DNA of 64,000 nt, taken from positions 1,054,001 to 1,118,000 of the forward strand of contig CM061249.1 of NCBI GenBank assembly GCA_022605425.2, given 5' to 3'. Positions 1 to 10,303 of the stretch are shown here, in pieces. Position 1 is the first letter of the stretch, and the number at the start of each line of letters is the position of its first letter. The stretch comes from Hamiltosporidium tvaerminnensis FI-OER-3-3. Taxonomy: Eukaryota > Fungi > Microsporidia. Under the pieces are notes generated by a model that saw nothing but the letters and a program-made list of their open reading frames with translations, did not search any database and was not told the DNA's origin. The translations under genes were made by a program, and so were the position numbers.

Positions 1-169
1 AATTATCGTATTTCTAATTTCTATTTTTGATTTCTACTTTAATTTTTTGTAGTTTCTTAATTTGATTATTTATTTTTGATTTTAATTTTTATTTTTGATT
101 TTTATTTCTAATTTTTTGTGTTTTAACTTATATTTTAATTTATTTATTTTTGATTTTATAATATTTTTA

Positions 170-670
170 TTGCTAGCCAATGAGTTGGGTCTTATTTATA
201 TGTGTAGTGTTGAGATAATCCCTTATGTGATGACCTGGGACGGTATTGTGACAAAATACCATAAATCTCATCTTAAAAGACTAGAAATACCCATGAATGT
301 AGAAGCATACATTCAGTCTATAGTACTTAAGAAAACAGTCGAAACAATTTCCTTTGATCGACGAAGAGGACTTGAGTCAGGACTAAATGCCGAAGAGAGC
401 TGTGAAAGAGCGTCAATGGGTGTTATTATGAGAGCAGAGATGCATGAGGAACCAATACCCCCTTTAAAAGAAGCGAAAAGAGAGGAAGATGGTGCAAAAA
501 ATTTTAAACCAAAAAATAAAGCACCCTTTATTTCACAAAGAGGAACCACTTAGAGGAACCGACCAATAACATAAATGAAGAGTCGGATTTGGAAGAAGAG
601 ACAAAAGTGGTTAAAGAGGTAGAAGAAAACATATAAAAATGGTAAAATTATTTATTCGAATTCTATAATT
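170..670 (+). mobile_element. 5'-truncated 3' fragment of the R4/Dong-like RT-RLE retrotransposon (endonuclease C-terminus)
   Basis: LANELGLIYMCSVEIIPYVMTWDGIVTKYH closely matches the 47101-48027 ORF. Nonsense TAG at 551-553; the frame continues to TAA at 634-636. The N-terminal part of the 95..553 ORF is AT-rich flank. Confidence 0.9.
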
Positions 671-688
671 TATTTTTAAGATTTATTT

Positions 689-1381
689 TTAATCGCATTT
701 TTTTATTTTAATTAAATCGATAATTAAAATATTTTTTTGAATTTCTTTAAAAAGATTATCAAGTTGTGTAAAATTATGAATCATTCCAACTGTAAGTGCA
801 CATATCTCTTTAATATCACACATATGAATAACATAATCCCATTCAAAATTACTACAACACGAACACTCTGGCTTACTAGAATAATCAGAAATATAAATAA
901 TTTCTGATTTATACGTAATAAGTTGTCCATTATTTACCAATTCATTAATAAAATTGGTAGAAAATATTTTACCGCCATTTTTTAAATTAAAAACGAAATC
1001 TTCAATATTTTTACATTCAATAAAATTGGAAGAAAATATTTTATTTCCTCTTGAAATTATTTTTTTTGTATCAAAATCCATATAAAAATCTGGATTGGCT
1101 TTCTCTATAAATTCTATATACTCATCCTTCGTAAATTTTCTATTTCCTCGTCTGGTTCGTAATAAATTACTTTTATCTTTAAAAGTAACAATTATATTGT
1201 TAGAAACAGAACAGAACTCTTTTATAGGTAAAACATCTTTGTTTAAATAATAACTTCCATTGTAAATAAAATCATCGACATAAATTTGAAAAGTTTTATT
1301 AAAACATTTCATATCTTTATAATCAACAACATGTGGTATAGAACCGTATTGTGTTGTTATTACAAAGTCGTGTGATTGCAT
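689..1381 (-). CDS. QTRT2: Queuine tRNA-ribosyltransferase accessory subunit-like protein (TGT family, highly reduced)
   Basis: N-terminal TQYGSIPHV resembles the QTRT2 T-x-G-S-x-P-H motif. C-terminal ECSCC..DYVIHM..KE....L..IHN resembles the TGT zinc-binding region. CCC just upstream of the ATG. Confidence 0.75.
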   Translation of the reverse strand: MQSHDFVITTQYGSIPHVVDYKDMKCFNKTFQIYVDDFIYNGSYYLNKDVLPIKEFCSVSNNIIVTFKDKSNLLRTRRGNRKFTKDEYIEFIEKANPDFYMDFDTKKIISRGNKIFSSNFIECKNIEDFVFNLKNGGKIFSTNFINELVNNGQLITYKSEIIYISDYSSKPECSCCSNFEWDYVIHMCDIKEICALTVGMIHNFTQLDNLFKEIQKNILIIDLIKIKKCD

Positions 1382-1386
1382 TATAT

Positions 1387-1389
1387 GGG
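1387..1389 (-). promoter_or_regulatory. CCC motif upstream of start codon (microsporidian-type promoter signal); also at 10285-10287 (+), 20120-20122 (+), 46886-46888 (-)
   Basis: A CCC triplet lies within about 20 nt of the ATG, after an AT-rich tract, in four conserved genes. This is an established microsporidian feature. Confidence 0.55.
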
Positions 1390-1724
1390 TTTTTCTAAAA
1401 ATTTGATAGTAAATCTATATTTTTGTAAAAAAAACAGAAAAAATTATAAAAGGGACTTAAATTTATTCAAAATATTGTATTTAACTTATGATTGTATTTA
1501 ACTTGGTTTTATTTAACTTAATTGTATTTAACTTATAATTGTATTTAAAAGAAATTTTATTTAACTTACAATTTGATTCAAAAGAAATTTTATTTTTTTA
1601 ATTCTCTTTAATCATATCAATGAGTCTTTAATTCTCTTTGAATCTCAATGCTAGTAATAAAATTTGTATTTCTTTGAATCTTAATGTTAGAAATAAAAAT
1701 CTTTACTATTTGTATTTCTTTTTC

Positions 1725-2449
1725 AGGTGGAGGGAGGATAACCACAAAAAAAACTTTCTGCTTGGCAATGAGTGTGTGAAACTGGTGTGAGATCATTGTT
1801 TGGATTTTTAGTGGGAATAAAACCACACTACATCTTCGGTTGTTCCATGGGAGTTTGTATGAGGAGGAGAGGTCTAAGAAATGGAGAAACTTTTTCTACA
1901 AATTTATTTGTAGTTTTTTACGTAACCAGATTGCAGACCGCAGCTGAACATGTAGGTAATTGCCATGTAAAAGCATGGAAACCTAGCCTTGCTCACTCGG
2001 GTTAGAAGACTTAGCGCCTGCGAGATATAAAACGAAAAACCATTTAAAGCCAGGAAAGCTAAGTAGTAGGTTATACCTATTGGTATGACATTGCACTGTC
2101 TAGGTGGACCCCATGTAAATCTCTGAAATATATCTTAGCTAGAAGTTTATTGGGTTCAGAAAGTGTAGAGTAAGTGGGAATGCTGCATAGTCTTGGGGGA
2201 GCCCAGGGGGGGCTATGGCCTTCGATCACACTCCATGCAACGGACATAAACGAACTCCGGGCAACTGCCTCGCCTAGTAATCAGGTTCTACACACCTGGT
2301 ATATTAAAGTCTTTGGGACGTAGGTATCGCAGGGGTTACTGATGGAGTTTTGGGGTAGCAGTTATTTATGTTAAACCTAGAACTGCGTTAATGTCATGAA
2401 AACAAATATAACACTTGCCACTATTTTAAAAAACATATTTTTAAATAAA
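1725..2449 (+). mobile_element. ~725-nt non-coding SINE-like retroelement, copy 1
   Basis: Near-identical to copies at 28.8, 38.7, 50.9 and 59.3 kb. Flanked by a 13-bp direct repeat GTATTTCTTTTTC (1712-1724 / 2450-2462). Starts AGGTGGAGGGAGG and ends TTAAATAAA. Confidence 0.9.
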
Positions 2450-2974
2450 GTATTTCTTTTTCCAATAAATTATCTTTTAAAAAAATTTTATATTTTTATT
2501 TTAATATTTTTAAAAAATAATTACTTTAAATATCTAATTGTTCATTATTTCTACCTAAAAAATTATAAATTTAAATCTTTTAATTATTATCTATAATTTT
2601 TATTTAGTTATTTTTATTTCAGATAAGACAACTATTATTCTTTTACTTCATTTAAGTATTTCATTTTTAATTAAATTCTTATTTTTATTTCAGATAAGAC
2701 AACTATTATTCTTTTACTTCATTTAAGTATTTCATAATTAATTAAATTCTTATTTCATCAGATCAGATAATATTTATAATCACATTTGGTGTTACAATTA
2801 TATCAAATATAAAAGATAACTAATAATTATTTGTGTAATTTATCGTTTATTATAAATATTATCTAATATGTTGAAATAAGAATCAATATTTGTAATTTTA
2901 TGTAATTTAAAACACATACTTATAAGATATAATATTTATTTTCTAAGGTCTTCTTCTTTTTAATACATCATATT

Positions 2975-3130
2975 TAATATAAAATAATAACTTAGAATTT
3001 CTAAATTACAATCTACATTTCCAATCTGAATACTAGAATTTGATATAAAATATAACTTAGAATTTCTAAATTACAATCTACATTTCAACTCTGAATACTA
3101 GAATTTGATATAAAATATAACTTGGAATTT
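2975..3130. repeat. ~67-bp tandem duplication
   Basis: TAACTTAGAATTTCTAAATTACAATCTACATT...GAATACTAGAATTTGATATAAAATA occurs twice, plus a partial third unit. Confidence 0.8.
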
Positions 3131-3534
3131 AAACAATTTAAACAATTTAAACTTACAAATACAAGATTTATTTGTTTAAAGAACATTTAAAGGGAAATAT
3201 TTCTATTACATATATTTTAACCAAATTTATTTATAATTAATTTAATATTTTTCTCTTTTATATACTTCTTCTCATACATATATTTTAACCTAATATTTAT
3301 TTATAATTAATTTAATTTGTAATTTCTTTGTTAAATATTTATTAAATTCTTAATAAATAATTTTTTTATTTCCAAATAATTTATTTATAGTGAATTGAAG
3401 GTTATTTTTACTTAAAATTTATTCTTAAATATTGCTGGTAAGCGTGTGGAAATTAACTAAATTTAAATTAATCAAAAATACTTGAAAAAATGGATTTTTT
3501 TTATTTAGATCAGTAGCTAAATACCAATAAATTA

Positions 3535-3663
3535 ATATCTTTTACAAGCCTATTGGTCATCGCTTGGTTTATTTACCAATATATTATTATATTATTATCT
3601 TTTACAAGCCTATGGGTCATCGCTTGGTTTATTTACCAATATATTATTATATTATTATCTTTT
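3535..3663. repeat. 60-bp tandem duplication
   Basis: Lines 3541 and 3601 are identical except for one base. Confidence 0.9.
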
Positions 3664-4184
3664 ATTTTTACATTTTTAGCAACTGATAAACAATTTCTTA
3701 ATTAAAATCCAGAATATTTTTTAAATCAGCATATTATTCTTGTTCTAATCTACTCGCTTATACTATTTTTAATGTAAAATTTATTTTCTGTTTATTCTAT
3801 TCAGTTTACAATCTATTTTTTATTTCTTATTGTTTGGTATTCATTCGTTTGAACCGTTTTTGGGTTTTCAAAAAAAAAACTGTCTTTCTATGAAGTATGA
3901 TGTAAAAGTCAATTCTATAATTGAAATTTCTATATTCGGTTTATCAAGAAAGTTATAATCTAACAATGTATATAATTATAAAGTATTATATTAACTTATA
4001 GTTTTCTTGTACCTCTGTATTCTGGTTTTTTTGATATTTTTCGAAGAATAATTGTTTTGATGAACATTATTATGAGTTTAAATAAATTTTATAAAAAAAA
4101 AAGCTTGAAAATATAAATTCAAGTTTAATTCTGTTTATTTATAACTGAAACTTTTTAGAAAATTAGTAAGAAAAGAAGTAAGAA

Positions 4185-4450
4185 AATACGAACCGAGTAA
4201 ATAAATTTGATTGTAATTTTATAAAAATTATATAAAAAAGCTTTTTATTAAAAAATTAGTAAAAAAATACGAATCGAGTAAATAAATTTGATTGTAATTT
4301 TATAAAAATTATATAAAAAAGCTTTTTATTAAAAAATTAGTAAAAAAATACGAATCGAGTAAATAAATTTGATTGTAATTTTATAAAAATTATATAAAAA
4401 AACTTTTTATTAAAAAATTAGTAAAAAATACGAATCGAGTAAATAAATTA
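4185..4450. repeat. ~81-bp tandem repeat, about 3.3 units
   Basis: ATACGAATCGAGTAAATAAATTTGATTG recurs near 4186, 4267, 4348 and 4428. Confidence 0.85.
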
Positions 4451-4745
4451 TTAAATAAATTAAAAAACTTTTTATTAATTCTTTTATTATTATTTATTAC
4501 AATCTATAAAGGTAATTTACCCTACGTTAGTGCGAATATTTTTTTTGTCAATTAAAAAATTTAAAATTTTCTATTTCTGTAGTTTATTTTATATTTTAAG
4601 TTTTGATAGATACATGGATGAATATTGAAGTGTAATATAAGTATTCATACATAATTATTTTGTATCTTATATTTTTAGAACTTTTAAAATACTTCGAGGT
4701 GAGTATTTGGTGTTGAATTACTTAATTAACAATACAAAGATATAA

Positions 4746-5065
4746 TTTTTATTTTTTAAGAATTTACAAAAAATAAAATTGAAAAATAAAAATTATTTAC
4801 AATTGGATTTTTATTTTTTAAGAATTTACAAAATAAAATTGAAAAATAAAAATTATTTACAATTGGATTTTTATTTTTTAAGAATTTACAAAATAAAATT
4901 GAAAAATAAAAATTATTTACAATTGGATTTTTATTTTTTAAGAATTTACAAAATAAAATTGAAAAATAAAAATTATTTACAATTGGATTTTTATTTTTTA
5001 AGAATTTATAAAAAAGAAAATTGAAAAATAAAAATTATTTACAATTGGATTTTTTATTTTTTAAA
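4746..5065. repeat. 60-bp tandem repeat, about 5 units
   Basis: Lines 4801, 4861 and 4921 are identical. This explains the spurious ORF 4779..5024. Confidence 0.9.
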
Positions 5066-5629
5066 CAAAGTATAATTCGTTAATTATTTTTTTAATATTA
5101 AATCGTTCTCAATATTCTTCTGTGATTCATTGAAAAATAAATTATATAAAAATTCTTTTTTGTAAAATTCAATAATTATTCAGTTAGTTGTATGAATTTT
5201 TTGACTTTCTAATGATAATATTTCTATGTTTTTAGATGTTTGATGTACAAATAAATCTTTAAAATCATCTTTTTATGATTAAAAACAAAAGAATTAAATC
5301 ATAAGTTTATATCCAAGAATAACTGATTACTACTTAAAATCATCTTATATCATATGTTCTTAAATAATTAAATCATAACTTTATATACAAGAATAACTGA
5401 TCAATACTTAAAATTATCTTTAGCATATTTTCTCAAAGAATTGAGTTTACAGGGAAATTTAGAAATTATCATTATTATCTGTTTTAATTCATTGGAAATA
5501 CTTTTGAAATATTTATATATTTATTTTTCATACAAAAGAAGTTTAAATATCTTACGATTCTGAAAAAAAGTATGAATTTCATTACACATATGTATCAAAT
5601 AATTTTATCGTACTGTTTTTCCATATGAT

Positions 5630-6225
5630 TTACTTTGAACTACGACGACTTGATTTTTTAGATTTCTTAGGTTTTCCGGATTTTCCGGATTTCGAGCCAC
5701 TTGCGGAACCTGCCGCAACTGCTTTTGAGACAACGTACGTTGTTATGACTAATTTTGTTTCTGCTTCTGCTTATGCTTCATCTTCTTCTTCCTAGGATTC
5801 TTCTTCCTAGGATTCTTCTTCTGGCTCTTCTTCTTCTGGTTTTCCAGCGGGATCACCAATTACGTTCATATGAAAGCATATATTTCTGAAGGTGGTACAG
5901 CTGGTTTTTGTTCAGAACAGCAGCTAGGTGATTTCTGTTTACAAGCACACTCTTCTTTCTTGTCTTCTTGAGATAATACAATGTTAACATTTAAACTTTC
6001 TTTTTCAGAATTATCGTTACATGGACTTTCGGAAGATAAAAAATAATTTCGAACTTCTGGTTTTCTACAACATGGATTACTGAAACATGGAGTACAAGGA
6101 CGTGGTCTACATGAAGTAGGTACTCTAAAACATCTAAAATCCTGCATTCCCATACCGAAACAAACCCCAATATAAGTTATTAAGATATATAAACTACATT
6201 AAAATTGTACAGATACTTTCTTCAT
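5630..6225 (-). pseudogene. Disrupted gene for a secreted Cys-rich / Glu-rich / Lys-Ser-tailed protein (spore-wall-protein-like architecture)
   Basis: The ATG at 6225 is in frame with ORF 5866..6153 and gives a signal peptide MKKVSVQF*CSLYILITYIGVCFG. After a frameshift near 5880 it reads ICFHMNVIGDPAGKPEEEEPEEES*EEES*EEEDEA*AEAE...GKSGKPKKSKKSSRRSSK* ending at 5630. Confidence 0.65.
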
Positions 6226-8665
6226 GAATATCAAGTTCGTCTGCTTATTTATACTTTGCAGATATAAATTAAATTAAATTTTTTTAATTTAAATAACCAG
6301 TTATATTCTATTATTTAAATATAAATCGATTACCAAATATTAAAATATAAATGTAAATTCTTACAAAACAATGTAAAACACGAAATATTTAACTTTTTAA
6401 AAACAAATTTATGTTATTACAAACGTATATTAAAAATAAATAGAAAATTTTAATTTAATCGTAAAAACCGAAAAAAATCGTTCTTCTTTGAATCTAATTA
6501 CTATGAATTATTTAAATCGATATATTTGTTTATATTTGATTAAAATTAAAAAATTAAGCTATTATTTCAGGCAAAATATTAATTATTTCAACAAAATATT
6601 GATTCGCTATCAGAAGCAGCAGATTCACTCTTTTAAAACATAAAATTTTAATTAATCTTTTTCCGCTGAGACTTGTAAATCCCATCAATATAATATTTTT
6701 AATTTTTATAAAAAACACTTTAATATTCAAAATTATAAAATACAGTTTAAGTAACCAAATTTGGAAATGAAAAGTCTTAATTCAAATATTATTCTATTTT
6801 AAAGTTTAACGGTTTAAACATCCTTTTTTAGATATCAAAACTGTTTAATTATCGGTTTCTAAATTATCTTTACAATATAAATACAGAAAATTATTAATTT
6901 CCTATAAATTTGATAAAAAAAGAAACTTCTTATAAATCTAAGAATCATAATTTATATTTTATTTACTAAAGTTTCATTCGATATTATATTATAAATATTA
7001 ATGATACGCTTCTTTATATCCCATATCACTTATATTTTATGTCGAACTTTTTTCATAACCATTGCTTAATTCCATTACCAAAACAAAGAAACAATAAAAA
7101 TGTTTTTTTGAATTGAGATATTCATTTCAACATATTTTTCTAAAACTTAAAATACAAATTTTTTGTTTCACATGTTTGGAGAAAAATTATATTTTGATTT
7201 GCAAATAAAATTTTGTCCAATGAAACATATTATGACAAATATATAATTTAAAAGCTTCAATAAATTCAAGATTTTTTAAAAAATAAGGTTTTCATTTGAA
7301 TTGCTATTATAAAAGACTGTTTACAACACAAGTACTTCTGAATTTATGTCGAGACAGTCAGATATACTTGAAAGATATTGATAATATACTCAAAAAAGTA
7401 ATTAAATTGATAGTAAGATAAAATGAGCTAATTTTTATCTTTTTTATTTCATACTTATTTACTTATCCCGGTCCTCTTTTACCTCTCAGAGCTGAGAATG
7501 AACAAATAGAAGTTTCATATTTCTTTCTTTTAATCTGTTATACTGCGGGGTTATAAGGAATTGGTTCATAGATCCAGTGTAGTTTATATCCTTTAGACAA
7601 TTAAACAATTGTTTTTAAACAATTATACACACTTTTTCTAAACAGAAAGTTTTTAAAATATTTATTCTTCCTTCAACATCTTTATATTTCATGATCATAG
7701 TTTCGCTGGGAAGCGAGGCTCTAAGAATGATCATAAATCTTGCTGGTTAAGACCAACACGAATGTAGATATAATTTCGAACATGCCATAATGAATAACTT
7801 TGTTAAGCATAATGATGCAATTCAGACAGAATTGAAAATCTATAATAATAAAGAAAAAAAAAGATTGTGTTAATTTGCTAAACCAACCTTGAGATAATAT
7901 CGAAAATAAACAAATCTTTCACATTCCGGATGTAAACATAAAGTTTTTATTTTTTATACAATTATGTAATATAAGAAATCAGTCTTACAAATTCAACTAT
8001 TCTCCTCGTTTTTCAAGAAAGTGCTCTCGAAATTTATCAAAAAGACGAATAAAAATAATTATTAAACAGATATGATCTGAATATAATAAATTATTTATCC
8101 TCGGAAGATAAAGACGCATTCCAGTAAGCAAAAACAAGCCTAAAAGTTCTATAAAACTTGTGCGAAAATCGCAAGTGAAAAGTTGATAATAATCTCGCTA
8201 TAAACGATCGAATAATTTAATTGTGAAACCAAGATAAGCTAAATCACAACTAGATAAGAAAATAAAGTAATTGTACAAAAGACCATGTGCTTGTATAGAT
8301 ATAAGATATGTAGGTACGAAGAAGATTCTTTAAGCTCTGAAAAAAAAGAACTTTTAAAAACACGAATTCAAACCTCAAGGTGTGTCATTTAATTAAGATA
8401 AGTATATTTTAAATGAAAAGATCAAATAGTATAGTTTTTAATGTCTCATTTAAATATCAAAATAAATATGTAATTCGTACGAAAAAAATCTTTGTATAAG
8501 CTTCTTTCTCTATAAATTTAATCTTAGAGATATACTGATACATATAATGATATCAGATACAAAATAATGTTAAATATCATTTTTAGCTATTTTTTTGAGA
8601 AAAAAAATTAATATTGGTTTTAAAAGTTTTTATCATCAATATATTACAATATAATCAGTTATTCT

Positions 8666-8895
8666 TTCACCACCACATCAGGTGTAGAATTAATTTGGAG
8701 TATTCTCTGCTTGTTGTAAGAGGCGACACAAAGGGACTAGTTTCCAAGTTGAACGTATTGCGAACATCTTTCCCTTTAAAACCACCTTGTTACGAAACCC
8801 GAAAAAGTAAATAAATACACTGGAAAAAGACCGGCGGGCGGTATTATTGAGTGCGTCCAAGGCTTTATTAAGGCAGTAATGCCAAGGGTAACAAA
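8666..8895 (+). mobile_element. ~230-bp SINE-like element, probably a bipartite RTE derivative (copy A)
   Basis: Perfect 13-bp TSD AATCAGTTATTCT (8653-8665 / 8896-8908). Homologous, in inverted orientation, to 55338-55565. Confidence 0.75.
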
Positions 8896-10303
8896 AATCA
8901 GTTATTCTAATCGTTACAGATATAATTTTTACAATGAAAAAATTGTAAATTTTCTCATATTCTACTCATATTTTTCTTATACGAATCATATTTTTTAATT
9001 TTTAATGACTTAATTATTATAAGAATTATAAATAATTCATAAGTTTTTTAAAAAAATCAAAAAATCTATACTTTTGAAAAAACTGACTATAAAAATAAAT
9101 ATTTCATAGTTTAAAATAGAAATATTAAACACAAACAATCAAATATATTTTATTTAATAACTATTTAATATTTAATATCTTATTTAATATTTATTTGATA
9201 TTTATTCCCTATTTATTTACTTGATTTAATATTTATTTAAAATCTATTCCCTATTTATTTAATATCTTATTCAATATTTATTTAATATTTATTTACTTGA
9301 TTTAATATCTTATTCAATATTTATTTGATATTTATTTAATATCTTATTCATTAGTTATAATTTATTTATTCACTATTTAATATTTATTTAAAATCTTTTT
9401 ATAATTTAATTAAAATCTTATTCACTATTTATAATCTATTTATAATTTATTTATAATTTATTTATTTACTATTTAAAATCTTTTAAAAGAATTACAAGAA
9501 AAATCTAATAATAATTTACAAAGAATACTATAAGAATAATAATTTAAACTTCTGTTGTTTGGAAATAAAATTATATAAATTTCTAAATTTATTATATCTC
9601 ACACCATCTTTAATCTCCATTTTTTATTAAATTCCTTGATAATTAAATATATATTTTTATATCACTAATAAGGAATAATTAATATAACCAATCTATTATA
9701 AATAAGATATAAAAGATTTGATCTATCAATTATTAAATGAGATATAAAAGATTTGACATATAAATTATTTAAATAAATTATACAACCTATCTATTGTACA
9801 AATAATAATACAGCTATATCTATCCTATGAATATATAAAGATATAACCTATATCTATTCTATGAATAATAATACAGCTATATCTATTCTATGAATATATG
9901 AAGATATAACCTATATCTATTCTATGAATATATGGTATAATACACTTATACCATCAAGATATAATATAATACACATATCTATTCTATGAGGATATAATAC
10001 AATGCAACTAATTCAATCAAGATATAAAGATATAACCTATCAATATCCTCAAGACATATAAAAATATAACCAATCTATCATATAAATAAGATAGAAGATA
10101 TAAAACACTAAGAATATAATTTAGATAAGAAATACAAATAGATTTTATTTATATAAAACAATAAAAATATTGTTTTAAACAAATATAGAAGTGGTTTGTA
10201 TAAAATATAAATATTTATTTGTAAATACAAATAAAAATATAAAAAAATTATCTGAAACAAAAATTTTCATTTTTAAATACAAAGCCCTCTTACAAACAAA
10301 TAT

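Noticed and set aside
1772-2005. Recurrent 77-aa ORF (MCETGVRSLFG...) in SINE copies, also 29212..29445 and 59762..59944
   Set aside because: It starts at GTG or TTG, is preceded by an in-frame stop in copy 1, and is interrupted by TAA in copy 3. Recurrence is explained by DNA identity.
1930-2200. Group I intron-like motifs (ACCGCAGC, AGACT..TAGTC) in the 725-nt element
   Set aside because: No matching P4 5' strand or P3 was found, and the AGACTTAGC segment pairs better with GCTAAGT.
4746-5065. CRISPR-like array or 81-aa repeat protein
   Set aside because: These are head-to-tail identical units without unique spacers, in eukaryotic DNA with no cas genes.
5700-5830. Stop-codon reassignment (TAA/TAG read as Glu or Gln)
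   Set aside because: Conserved genes here end in TAA, the 2529-aa MOT1 frame has no internal TAA/TAG, and the locus also has a frameshift.
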